A DNA stretch of 64,000 bases from Nanobdellota archaeon (GTDB lineage Archaea; Nanobdellota; Nanobdellia; Pacearchaeales; GW2011-AR1). The DNA lies in NCBI GenBank assembly GCA_038045405.1, contig JBBSYF010000001.1:101175-165174 (forward strand), in the 5' to 3' direction. Both the position numbers and the translations under genes were made by a program. Positions 26,046-35,624 of the stretch are shown one piece after another. The stretch's first letter is position 1. Each line of letters opens with the position of its first letter. The notes under the pieces were generated by a model, which was not told the DNA's origin, searched no databases, and was given only the letters and a program-made list of their open reading frames with translations.

Positions 26046-27555
26046 TATGGATGAAAATCAAAAAATTCTAGAAGTAGCTAAAGAAGCGGCAAGAAAAGGC
26101 GGTGAAATAGTCTTAAAGTATTTTAAAGAAGAGGTTGAATTTCGTCAAAAAGAAGATAAAACATTTGCGAGCATTGCTGACGATGAATCGGAAAAGGAGA
26201 TTAAAGAAATAATCTTAAGAAATTTCCCAGAACATTCTATTTACGGGGAAGAAACAGGAAAAACCGGTCAAAGTAATATCGTTTGGCATGTTGATCCTTT
26301 AGATGGCACAAGCAATTTTAGAAATAAAATACCACTTTTTTGCGTTTCAATAGGGGTAGAAAGGGATGGAAATTTTATTGTGGGAGTTATTTATAACCCT
26401 ATTACAAATGAACTCTTTTCAGCTTCAGAAGGCGAAGGAGCTTTTGTTAACGAAAAAAGAATAAGTGTAAACAAAGAAGATATCTCTAAAGGAATTCTTG
26501 TTCTAGACTCTTCTTTCAAGGGAGACATTGGAAGAATAAAAACTAACTTACAAAGTGAAATAATCAAACTTTCTTCAAGAATTAGAATGATAGGAAGTAA
26601 TGCTCTGCAATTAGCAGAGGTAGCTGAAGGAGCATATTTCTCTTCAATTTCAGATCACATTGATGCCTATGACTTTGCTGCAGGAATAGTCTTAGTTAAA
26701 GAAGCTGGGGGAATTGTGACAGACCAATTTGGAAACAAACCCTCTGCAAAATCAAAAGTCATTGTTGCTTCGAATAAAAAAGAAAATCACGAGAAAATAA
26801 TTGGATTAACTAAAAATTATTATTCTAACTTTGATAAGCAAAATTCTGTTAATAATTATAAAGTTTGCATCTTAGCTGGGGGGATTGGTAGTAGGATGGG
26901 GGAGTTTTCTAAAACTTTTAATAAAGCGATGATTCCTGTTCAAGGAAAACCTTCTATTTGTCACATAATAGAAAAATTTCCCGAAGATGTAGAAATAGTG
27001 GTGATTGTTGGCTATAAAAAAGAAACAATCATAGACTACTTAAAATATGCTTATCCTAAAAGAAAATTTACTTTTTTCGAAGTTGAAAAACCTTCAGGAT
27101 TAGGCGCCGGTCCTGGCTATGCCGTTTTGGAATGTAAACACTTACTTCAATGCCCATTCATCTTTTTTGCTGCAGATACCTTAGTAAAAGAAAATGTTCC
27201 TGAACCCGATGAAAATTGGTTTGGAATCGCAGAAGTTGATGATACTAGTAGATTTTGTTCTGCCAGCATAAACGAAGAAGGAATGATTTCTAAAATTGAT
27301 GACAAAATAAAATGTGACAACAAGTTTGCATTTATAGGGTTAGCAGGGATAAAAGATTACAAAACTTTCTTTGCATCTTTAGAAAATGACAAAACACTCG
27401 TAAAAGGAGAAATTCAAGTTTCTAACGGATTTAAATCTCTAATGAACTTGGGAATGAAAGCAATTACATTTACCTGGTTTGATACTGGTGACCCTACATC
27501 GTATTCTCATGCTTTAGAAAATTATCCAAACGGGGAAGGTTATCGCGGGCAGTAA
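26029..27555 (+). CDS. bifunctional inositol-monophosphatase-family phosphatase / MobA-IspD-like cytidylyltransferase
   Basis: N-terminal IMPase motifs (WHVDPLDGTSNF and a downstream metal-binding region); C-terminal NTP-transferase domain beginning VCILAGGIGSRMG...GKPSI. Confidence 0.65.
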   Translation: MVRTINMDENQKILEVAKEAARKGGEIVLKYFKEEVEFRQKEDKTFASIADDESEKEIKEIILRNFPEHSIYGEETGKTGQSNIVWHVDPLDGTSNFRNKIPLFCVSIGVERDGNFIVGVIYNPITNELFSASEGEGAFVNEKRISVNKEDISKGILVLDSSFKGDIGRIKTNLQSEIIKLSSRIRMIGSNALQLAEVAEGAYFSSISDHIDAYDFAAGIVLVKEAGGIVTDQFGNKPSAKSKVIVASNKKENHEKIIGLTKNYYSNFDKQNSVNNYKVCILAGGIGSRMGEFSKTFNKAMIPVQGKPSICHIIEKFPEDVEIVVIVGYKKETIIDYLKYAYPKRKFTFFEVEKPSGLGAGPGYAVLECKHLLQCPFIFFAADTLVKENVPEPDENWFGIAEVDDTSRFCSASINEEGMISKIDDKIKCDNKFAFIGLAGIKDYKTFFASLENDKTLVKGEIQVSNGFKSLMNLGMKAITFTWFDTGDPTSYSHALENYPNGEGYRGQ

Positions 27556-27627
27556 TGCTAATCTCTATGCTTCAACTTCATAAATCTTATAAAGGCGTTT
27601 TAATATTTACGGGAGTAGTCAGCGAGG

Positions 27628-29277
27628 ATGTTTATAAATAAAAACATTATAGGCGACTATCGGATAGACAAAATGGTGAATTATAAAGTATGCATCTTAG
27701 CTGGAGGCGTTGCTAGTCAAATGGGCGACTTGACTAAACATGTTAATGCAGCTATTCTTCCCGTAAACTTCAAAGCTTCTATTTCTTATATGATTGAAAA
27801 ATTCCCAGAAGATGTTGAAATTGTAATTGCTGTTGGTCACAAAAAAGAAACAGTTATAGACTACTTAACTTTGGCATATCCAAATAGAAATCTAAAATTT
27901 GTTGAAGTTGATAGGTATTTTGGACCTGGAACCGGACCGGGGTATGGACTTCTTTGTTGCAAACAGCATTTGCAATGTCCATTTGTTTTTGCGGTGTCAG
28001 ATACAATAATCCTTGAAGAAATTCCAAAACCAGAGGAAAACTGGTTCGGAATCGCTCCCACAAAAGAAACAGAACCATATTGTACTGTCAAGATAAAAAA
28101 TAATCTTGTCTATCAAATTGACGACAAAATAAAATGTGATAATAAACATCTTTTCATTGGTTTGGCTGGAGTGAAAGATTATGAACACTTTTGGGAAGCT
28201 CTGGAGAATGATAAAGAGCCCGTAAGAGGAGAAATTCAAGTTTCCAACGGGTTCAAAAGGCTTATTGAAAAAAGACTTGTTCCTATAGGATTCACTTGGT
28301 TTGATACTGGAGCTCCTGGAAGCTATAAGGAAGCTCACCTCAATTTTTCTGGAGGAGGGCAAACATTTGACTTTAGTAAGAATAATGAATTTCTTTATTT
28401 TGTCAATGGAAGAGTCATAAAATTTTTTGCTGATCAAGAAATAACGAAAAAGAGGGTTGAAAGAGCAAAGAACCTCGTAGGGCTTACACCAAAAATTGAA
28501 GGACATAAAGGCAACTTCTATTCATACAAAAAAATGGATGGGCAGGTACTTTATTCCGTTTTAAACCCCCAAATAGTAAACGACTTTCTCCAATGGGCAA
28601 AAAGAGATTTGTGGAAGGAAATAACTCTCTCTGAAAATGAAAAAAAAGAGTTCAAAGAAGCAACACAAAAATTTTACTACGAAAAAACAATGAAAAGACT
28701 AGGTGAATTTTATAACAAATCAAAGATTAGTGACGATTTTAATGTCATCAACGGAGTTCAGATTCCACCCTTAAAAGAACTATTAAACAAAATCAATTGG
28801 GAATACATCTGCAACTCTGTTCCTGTAAAGTTTCATGGAGACCTACAATTCGATAACATTTTAGTAAGCAGAGATGAAAAGAGCCAACTAACAAAATTTA
28901 TCCTTCTCGATTGGAGACAAGACTTTGGAGGACTTACCAATGCTGGAGACTTATATTATGACTTCTCCAAATTGTATGGTGGAATGATAATCTCATACCA
29001 ACTGATAAAAACAGGCCAATTTTCTTTTGATATGAGTGGCTCAAGCATACATTACAACTATACTATCAAAAATGACTTGCTTGAAGCAAAAGATGAATTT
29101 GAGTCTTTCATTAAAAAAAATGGTTTTGACTTAAACAAAATAAAAGTTATCACTTCTCTAATTTTTCTAAATATGTCCCCATTACATCATGAACCCTTTG
29201 ATTTGATGCTTTATCACCTCGGAAAAACAATGTTGCATAAGTCTCTTAAACAAACTGAAAATAATAAATTACAATAA
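27628..29277 (+). CDS. bifunctional MobA-IspD-like cytidylyltransferase / APH-choline-kinase-like small-molecule kinase
   Basis: The N-terminal domain (VCILAGGVASQMG...) is about 60% identical to the C-terminal domain of the preceding gene. The C-terminal domain carries the Brenner-type HGDLQFDNILV...LLDW kinase motif. The likely true start is the internal Met near 27673. Confidence 0.6.
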   Translation: MFINKNIIGDYRIDKMVNYKVCILAGGVASQMGDLTKHVNAAILPVNFKASISYMIEKFPEDVEIVIAVGHKKETVIDYLTLAYPNRNLKFVEVDRYFGPGTGPGYGLLCCKQHLQCPFVFAVSDTIILEEIPKPEENWFGIAPTKETEPYCTVKIKNNLVYQIDDKIKCDNKHLFIGLAGVKDYEHFWEALENDKEPVRGEIQVSNGFKRLIEKRLVPIGFTWFDTGAPGSYKEAHLNFSGGGQTFDFSKNNEFLYFVNGRVIKFFADQEITKKRVERAKNLVGLTPKIEGHKGNFYSYKKMDGQVLYSVLNPQIVNDFLQWAKRDLWKEITLSENEKKEFKEATQKFYYEKTMKRLGEFYNKSKISDDFNVINGVQIPPLKELLNKINWEYICNSVPVKFHGDLQFDNILVSRDEKSQLTKFILLDWRQDFGGLTNAGDLYYDFSKLYGGMIISYQLIKTGQFSFDMSGSSIHYNYTIKNDLLEAKDEFESFIKKNGFDLNKIKVITSLIFLNMSPLHHEPFDLMLYHLGKTMLHKSLKQTENNKLQ

Positions 29278-29278
29278 A

Positions 29279-30277
29279 ATGTCAAATTCTAAAATAGCTG
29301 TTGGACCAATGAGCTCGGAAGTTGTTGAAGCAATATTCAGATTCTCTAATTATAACAGAAAAGAACTAATGATTATAGCTTCGAAGAATCAAGTGGACCA
29401 TTCTGGAGGTTATGTGAACAAATGGACAACAAAAGAGTTCATGAACTTTGTTAAAAAAATGAGAGAAATGTACCCTCAATCAAATGTTAAAATCTGCCGA
29501 GACCATTGCGGGCCAGGTTTCAATGGGATAGACGGCTTGGAAGACAGTTATAAAACAATAAAAGATGATATAGAAAACGGATTTGATCTTATCCACATTG
29601 ATTTTTGCCATTTTCGTGGATCAAAAGAACAACAGTTTGAAGAAACCAAAAAAGCAATAGAATACTGTTACAGCTTAAATCCAAAAATAATGATCGAAGT
29701 TGGAACTGACGAAAATGTTGGTACAAATTTTGGTTTTATGAACCTCAAAGAAATTGAAAGAGAAGTAGAGTTTTTCACTTCTTTTTGCAAGCCAGAGTTT
29801 TATGTTGTTCAAACAGGAAGTCTCATCCTAGAAATTAATCAAGCTGGAAGTTTTAATAAGGAATTTGTTGAAAAGATTTCACAAATTCTAAAGACTAAAG
29901 GAATAAAGCTTAAGGAACACAATGCAGACTATCTTTCACTAGAAGAAATAGAAAAAAGAAATGGAATTGTAGATGCTATGAACATTGCACCACAATTAGG
30001 GGTATTACAAACAATGTTCGTATTGAACAAATGTCTTCTTTATGGAATTGATTTCACCGAGTTCTTAGCTGAGGTATATGAAAAAGGAAAATGGAAGAAG
30101 TGGATGAATAAAAACACACCTGAGAACAAGTTTTTATGTTGTGTTATAGCGGGACATTATCATTTCTCTTCTGAAAATTATAAAAAATTAATAGAAAAAT
30201 TAGGGGAAAGAGAAGACATCAAGGACAATATAATAGACCATCTAATGGGGGTTATATCTCATTATGTTAGAAAATAA
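29279..30277 (+). CDS. GatZ/KbaZ-like (tagatose-6-phosphate kinase family, PF08013-like) protein
   Basis: LMIIASKNQVDHSGGYV parallels the GatZ IEATSNQVNQFGGYTG motif; TIM-barrel-like length. Confidence 0.45.
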   Translation: MSNSKIAVGPMSSEVVEAIFRFSNYNRKELMIIASKNQVDHSGGYVNKWTTKEFMNFVKKMREMYPQSNVKICRDHCGPGFNGIDGLEDSYKTIKDDIENGFDLIHIDFCHFRGSKEQQFEETKKAIEYCYSLNPKIMIEVGTDENVGTNFGFMNLKEIEREVEFFTSFCKPEFYVVQTGSLILEINQAGSFNKEFVEKISQILKTKGIKLKEHNADYLSLEEIEKRNGIVDAMNIAPQLGVLQTMFVLNKCLLYGIDFTEFLAEVYEKGKWKKWMNKNTPENKFLCCVIAGHYHFSSENYKKLIEKLGEREDIKDNIIDHLMGVISHYVRK

Positions 30278-30995
30278 GATGTTGGAAAAAAGGACAATCC
30301 TGATAACTGGCTCTTCGAGAGGGATAGGGGCTTCCATAGCAAGACTAGCAAAAAATTATGGAGCAAACGTAATTTTACACGGAAAAACGGAATCGGAGAG
30401 CCTTAAGACTCTGGCTCGTGAATTAGATTCACCATATATCTTTTGTGATGTTTCTGATGAAGAATCTGTCAGACGAGAAGTCGAATCTCTTGAAGGAATA
30501 GACATCTTAGTTAATAATGCTGGAATAAATCCTTCAAAAAACTTTATGGAACTTACAGGTAGCGATTGGAGAGAAATCTTTAATGTAAACCTTTTAGGTC
30601 CAGTTTACTTTTCAAAAGCGGTTCTCCCAAAAATGATTGAAAAAAGATATGGAAGAATAATTAACATCTCTTCTTTCAAAGGTTTAAATTATGTTTCAGG
30701 AAAACCCGCCTACGCCGCTTCAAAAGCAGCAGTTATTAGGCTAACTTCAAGCATGGCTGAAGAATTTGCGCGTTACGGAATAAATGTTAATTCAGTTGCT
30801 CCGGGATTTACTGAAACAGAGATGACAAAGGCAACAATGTCTCCTAAAATACAATCTCAAGTCGATAAGATACCTTTGAATAGAATGGGAAAGTCAGAAG
30901 AAATTGCCGAGGCTGTTTTATTCTTGGCAAGCGATAAAGCAAGTTACATAACTGGACAAACAATAATTGTTGACGGGGGTTTGAGTATAATTTAA
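30264..30995 (+). CDS. short-chain dehydrogenase/reductase (FabG-like)
   Basis: TGSSRGIG cofactor motif, NNAG, and the catalytic S...YAASK triad. Confidence 0.8.
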   Translation: MLENKMLEKRTILITGSSRGIGASIARLAKNYGANVILHGKTESESLKTLARELDSPYIFCDVSDEESVRREVESLEGIDILVNNAGINPSKNFMELTGSDWREIFNVNLLGPVYFSKAVLPKMIEKRYGRIINISSFKGLNYVSGKPAYAASKAAVIRLTSSMAEEFARYGINVNSVAPGFTETEMTKATMSPKIQSQVDKIPLNRMGKSEEIAEAVLFLASDKASYITGQTIIVDGGLSII

Positions 30996-30996
30996 A

Positions 30997-31461
30997 ATGT
31001 CCGAAGAAAAAAGAAGAGATTGGTTCAAAGAAGATTTCCTATCCTTTCAAAGAGAAGGGGCAAAGATTGTAACAAAGCCTTGGGGGATGGAAGTATGGTT
31101 AGAACTAAATGACAGATACTGCTATAAAAGAATTTACATCTCAGCAGGGAACAAAACAAGTTTACAATATCATGAAAAAAAACTAGAAACTAACTACATA
31201 ATAAAAGGGGAAGCAGAAGTTTGGATGCAAGATCCAAATGGAGAAACCAATCTAAGAATTGACAATCAAGACTATACTTTTTCAGTTACTAAAAGAAGAG
31301 AAAATTATTTCTTTACAGTAACTCCCCCAACAGTTCATAGAATTAAGGCTCTTACAGACATAATCTTACAGGAAGTTTCAACACCTGATGTCGACGATGT
31401 AGTAAGACTTCAAGATGATGCTGGTAGAGGAAGCGGAAAAATAGACTCGGAACATCAGTAG
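30997..31461 (+). CDS. cupin domain protein (type II mannose-6-P isomerase C-terminal-like)
   Basis: KPWGMEVWLE cupin motif 1 and a downstream His-containing motif. Confidence 0.55.
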   Translation: MSEEKRRDWFKEDFLSFQREGAKIVTKPWGMEVWLELNDRYCYKRIYISAGNKTSLQYHEKKLETNYIIKGEAEVWMQDPNGETNLRIDNQDYTFSVTKRRENYFFTVTPPTVHRIKALTDIILQEVSTPDVDDVVRLQDDAGRGSGKIDSEHQ

Positions 31462-31472
31462 GTTTCTTAATC

Positions 31473-33497
31473 CTAAGCAACACCAGCGTTAATCATACCT
31501 GCCACTTTTTTTGCAATATCTACACAGGTGACGACTTTTCCAGAAAAAATAGTGATTAATCCATTACCATGATTTGTAATTTCGCTTGGCCTTTCATCAG
31601 TGTCATCAACGTTGGCCTTTACTGCTCTTATCACATAAATTGGTCTGATTATTTTTGCATCTTTCAATATTGGAAAATCTTTAGTGGCAGTTTTTAATAT
31701 CTTCTCCCTATTAGTCTTTACATTCTGCAAGATCATAATTTCTGGATCAAGATTATCAGAAACAAAATCATTGAGTATGGACTCTTTTATATGCACTAAT
31801 GTAAACCTTCCTTCTTCTGCCCTTGGCATCAAAGTGCTGAATTGTCCGTCGAATATTGATAGACCAACTTTCTCTTTTAAAGGAAGTTCAATCTCAAGCA
31901 TTTCAACTAGTTCATAAAGAACCTTTCTTCTAGGTAAACCAAACCACTGATTAAAACAGTTAAAATTAAAGTACGTTGCATTTATTACAAAATCAAACTC
32001 TTCTTCTAAAATTCCTGAAGGAGAAGATATTCTTAACACCTTTTTATCTCCCCTAATCTCTCCACCCTTTATTTCATGGTTAAGTTTAACCTCAACTTCT
32101 GAATTTTTTAATTTTTCCTTCACTATCTCAAGCATTTTTTTTGGGTCATAGGCATATTCTGCTACTTTAACAACCATAGAAACCCTCTCTTTATTTATGA
32201 GGTTTCCATCAATGTCTACTACTTGATAAGGAAGCCCCAATTCTTCACAAAATTTTAAGTAACTTCCCGGAGTTGTCTTACTATCCTCTTTTGCTATTGC
32301 ATGATAATGATTAAAAGGTCTTATGATACATCCGCCATATTCTTTTTCAAAGCTTTCTCTTGAGTTTAGGCATTCAAGTGCAGTACTTTTGCTTCTAGGG
32401 TAATGGTATCCTCCATGATGTCTTAAATGATTATTTGTAGATGCTCCAGAAAGAAGTTCTCCTGAACGCTCATACAAGGTAACATCAAAATTTTTTGAGA
32501 GTTCTAAAGCTGTTGAACTGCCAAATATTCCTCCACCAATTACTGCCACCTTCCCCGTCCTCTTTTGCGGTATTCCTCTTTTTAAGTCATAAGAAGCGTA
32601 TTCAGCAATAATTTTCTCTGTAAGTTCAATACTTTCAAGAATTTCTTTTTTCTCAACTAAGGGGGCATTAAGCCCATTGACTGCTCCTAAAAATTTTTTA
32701 ATTGAAACTTTTAGAGGATCTTCTATCTCAAAACTTCTTCCATTTCCCATGAATGTCTGTTTGTATGCCGGGCCTATTTCTCGTCTAAAAGATTCTCCAT
32801 TTAAAGAAAAAATAATTTCTCCCGGTTTTTTTGTTCTTAACTTAAAATCATAGACTACTTCACACTCTTGTTCCGAATTTCTGTATTTGAATCTAACGGT
32901 CATCGCCTCTTCACTTTTTGATAAGAATTCCACATCTTCTGCCTTCCCATTAGGAATCAAACCTATCAGAATACTATTTGTGTGGGGAAGGTGGTCCATT
33001 ATCATGCTTATACCACTTTCTGCAGGCTCCATATAAATAGAAAGATTTCTTAATTTGTTCAAATCAGGATACCTTCTGAAGTAGTCTACAATTGAAATCC
33101 ACTGGGTGTTTATTGTTAAAAGTTTTTTTCTTTTTTCAGCAAGATTAAACAACTCTTCTGCTATTCTATGATTATTACCTTTTGTTTGAACAAAAGGTTT
33201 TTCACATATTACGTGCAGATTATTTTCTAAACATAATCTTATCTGATTTTCGTGCATCTCAGGTGGTGTACAAATAGAAACAGCATCTAAACTCTCCCAT
33301 TTTATCAATTCTTCAAGTTTATGGTAAGCTCTTACATTAACATTGAACTCTTTCTTTAACTCTTCAGCTTTTTTTGAAGCACTTTCTCTTGTGCTACAAA
33401 GAATAGCAACCACTTCTGCTCCAAGTGCAGAAAATTCTCTAACGTGATACTTCCCGATTTTTCCCACCCCTAATATCGCAACTCTTATTTTTTCCAT
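31473..33497 (-). CDS. fusion of a Gfo/Idh/MocA NAD(P)-oxidoreductase (N-terminal) with an FAD-dependent DAO-like oxidoreductase (C-terminal)
   Basis: N-terminal IRVAILGVGKIGKYH...ICEKP; C-terminal VAVIGGGIFGSSTALEL...ERS dinucleotide-binding motif. Confidence 0.6.
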   Translation of the reverse strand: MEKIRVAILGVGKIGKYHVREFSALGAEVVAILCSTRESASKKAEELKKEFNVNVRAYHKLEELIKWESLDAVSICTPPEMHENQIRLCLENNLHVICEKPFVQTKGNNHRIAEELFNLAEKRKKLLTINTQWISIVDYFRRYPDLNKLRNLSIYMEPAESGISMIMDHLPHTNSILIGLIPNGKAEDVEFLSKSEEAMTVRFKYRNSEQECEVVYDFKLRTKKPGEIIFSLNGESFRREIGPAYKQTFMGNGRSFEIEDPLKVSIKKFLGAVNGLNAPLVEKKEILESIELTEKIIAEYASYDLKRGIPQKRTGKVAVIGGGIFGSSTALELSKNFDVTLYERSGELLSGASTNNHLRHHGGYHYPRSKSTALECLNSRESFEKEYGGCIIRPFNHYHAIAKEDSKTTPGSYLKFCEELGLPYQVVDIDGNLINKERVSMVVKVAEYAYDPKKMLEIVKEKLKNSEVEVKLNHEIKGGEIRGDKKVLRISSPSGILEEEFDFVINATYFNFNCFNQWFGLPRRKVLYELVEMLEIELPLKEKVGLSIFDGQFSTLMPRAEEGRFTLVHIKESILNDFVSDNLDPEIMILQNVKTNREKILKTATKDFPILKDAKIIRPIYVIRAVKANVDDTDERPSEITNHGNGLITIFSGKVVTCVDIAKKVAGMINAGVA

Positions 33498-33522
33498 TAT
33501 ATTTTTGTTTTATTTGTAACTT

Positions 33523-34392
33523 TTATTTACTTGTAAAAATTTTAATTAAGTTATCAGCATGTTTCTCCCAAGTAATCTTGCTATCTTGCATCCACTTCCT
33601 GTAATCTCTTTCTTTCGAATTTTTTATAGCCTCTTCAAGACTATTGAAATTTTCTACCTTATCAAAAGGAAATTTATACCCTTCTGCATGCATATTTCCA
33701 ACTATTCTGGGAACACCTGCAGCCATAACTTCCATGTAAGTTACACCGCCACCAGAACCTTTTGGAGGTAGACTAACATAGATTTTACACTTATTATAAA
33801 ATTCATTCATTTTCTCATGAGGAATATTTTCTGCAATTAAGACTGGAATCCCTAATTTTTTACCTATTGATTCAACATGCTCTTTGGTGAGGTTTTCTGT
33901 TGGTTTATTTGTCCATCCTAGGTAAATTCTTTTTTTGTTAAGAGGTTTAAACTCCTCCATATTGACAGCAGTAGCAAGGAGTGTTGACTTTGAATATCTC
34001 TTTTCATTTGTGCGATCTCCAGTAAGCAACCTTTTTCCCATAAGAATTCCAACTGGAACTTGAACAAAAAAACCTTTTCCACTTTGTGTGGCATTAAAAA
34101 AACAGAAATGTTTTTTCTTGAATATCGGATAAGGAAACAAGAGAGGTAATGCAATATTCCAATCTTGAGTATAAATTATGTCATATTTCTCTTTTTTCAT
34201 GATATCTTTAATCTTTTTTCTTAAAGAAGAAAGGGACTGCCTCACACTGTTAAGTTTTAGGTCATCTTGCCTAGAAAGGATATCAACCGTATGCCCTTTT
34301 TTGTTAAACTCCTTAGAAAGGTTTTTCATAAGGGTCTCAACACCACCAAATCCTTTATATTTTCGCTCTTTAACAACAAAGAGAATCTTCAT
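33523..34392 (-). CDS. glycosyltransferase family 1 (GT4-like)
   Basis: GT-B fold features; the C-terminal half holds an EX7E-like region. Confidence 0.55.
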   Translation of the reverse strand: MKILFVVKERKYKGFGGVETLMKNLSKEFNKKGHTVDILSRQDDLKLNSVRQSLSSLRKKIKDIMKKEKYDIIYTQDWNIALPLLFPYPIFKKKHFCFFNATQSGKGFFVQVPVGILMGKRLLTGDRTNEKRYSKSTLLATAVNMEEFKPLNKKRIYLGWTNKPTENLTKEHVESIGKKLGIPVLIAENIPHEKMNEFYNKCKIYVSLPPKGSGGGVTYMEVMAAGVPRIVGNMHAEGYKFPFDKVENFNSLEEAIKNSKERDYRKWMQDSKITWEKHADNLIKIFTSK

Positions 34393-34502
34393 AGACTTTC
34401 ATAAATTTTTGGGGTTAAAAGCTTTATGAAGAGAGAAACTATAGTTATCCTCATATAAAACTCTTTCATAATCTTTAAATAAGAACTTAGTTGTAGGTTT
34501 TT

Positions 34503-35624
34503 ATGAAGATACTTTTCATAAAGTTAGGGGCCCTTGGAGGAGTATTAAGGGCAACCCCTCTATTTACTGGACTTAAAAGAAAATACAAGAATTGTGAGCT
34601 TAATGTTATTACTAAAGAAGATGCCTCCCCTCTTTTGGATAATAATCAAGACATCGACAAACTTTGGATATGGGAAAGAGACAAAAACAAAATTGAAAAG
34701 GATTCTTTTGATTGGATAATAAACACTGAAGATGATGAAGAAACTTGCAAATTTGCTACCAAACTGAAGACAAAAAAATTTACGGGTCCTTACTTTTCTA
34801 AAGAAGGAAAGATAACCTACACCAAGGATATAGCAATATGGTACAACATGGGTAAAATCTCAAAGTTTGGACTAAAAAAAGCAAATCAACTGAAGAAAAA
34901 AAACTCAAGAAGATATCAGGAGATATACTCTCAAATTTTAAAACTCCCCAAAAATAAATACCCTCTAGTCTTGAACATGACTGATTATGAAAAAGAGTGG
35001 TCTCATGATTTTAGAAAAAAACATGAAGTTGGTGGAAAACACTTTCTTATTGGGGTAAACACAGGGGCTGGAGCTAACTGGCCGATTAAAGCGCTTTCAA
35101 TACAAAAAACAGTAAATCTCATAAAAGATATTCACAAAAAAAATCAAAGTGTAATCCTTTTAGGCGGTCCAAATGAAAGAGGAAGGCATCAAGAGATTCT
35201 CAAAAAACTAAATGTTAGACTGATAAAAAACTCTTTTCAAAATAAAACCCGAAGGTTCTTCTCAAATATTATTTCTTTTAAAGATATCATAAAAGCCTCT
35301 GAATTTGACATAAAATTGATAAATCCTGGTACTGAGAATAGCCTACGAAAATTTATATCGATAATAAACGCATTAGACATTCTCATAACTAGTGATACCT
35401 TGACACTTCATATTGCAGTTGCACTTAAAAAAAGAGTTGTTTGCTTTTTTGGACCGACTTCTGCAGAAGAAATAGAATTATACGGACAGGGTGTTAAAAT
35501 AAAACCTAACTCAGACTGTTACTGTTGCTACAAGAAACAGCGCACAAGTGAAAAGATGTGTATTGATGAAATAGAAGTGGACAAACTAACTCAATCAATG
35601 TTAAATCAGACAAGATACCTATAA
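34503..35624 (+). CDS. glycosyltransferase family 9 (heptosyltransferase-like)
   Basis: N-terminal MKILFIKLGALGGVLRATPL typical of GT9, with GT-B fold length. Confidence 0.55.
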   Translation: MKILFIKLGALGGVLRATPLFTGLKRKYKNCELNVITKEDASPLLDNNQDIDKLWIWERDKNKIEKDSFDWIINTEDDEETCKFATKLKTKKFTGPYFSKEGKITYTKDIAIWYNMGKISKFGLKKANQLKKKNSRRYQEIYSQILKLPKNKYPLVLNMTDYEKEWSHDFRKKHEVGGKHFLIGVNTGAGANWPIKALSIQKTVNLIKDIHKKNQSVILLGGPNERGRHQEILKKLNVRLIKNSFQNKTRRFFSNIISFKDIIKASEFDIKLINPGTENSLRKFISIINALDILITSDTLTLHIAVALKKRVVCFFGPTSAEEIELYGQGVKIKPNSDCYCCYKKQRTSEKMCIDEIEVDKLTQSMLNQTRYL

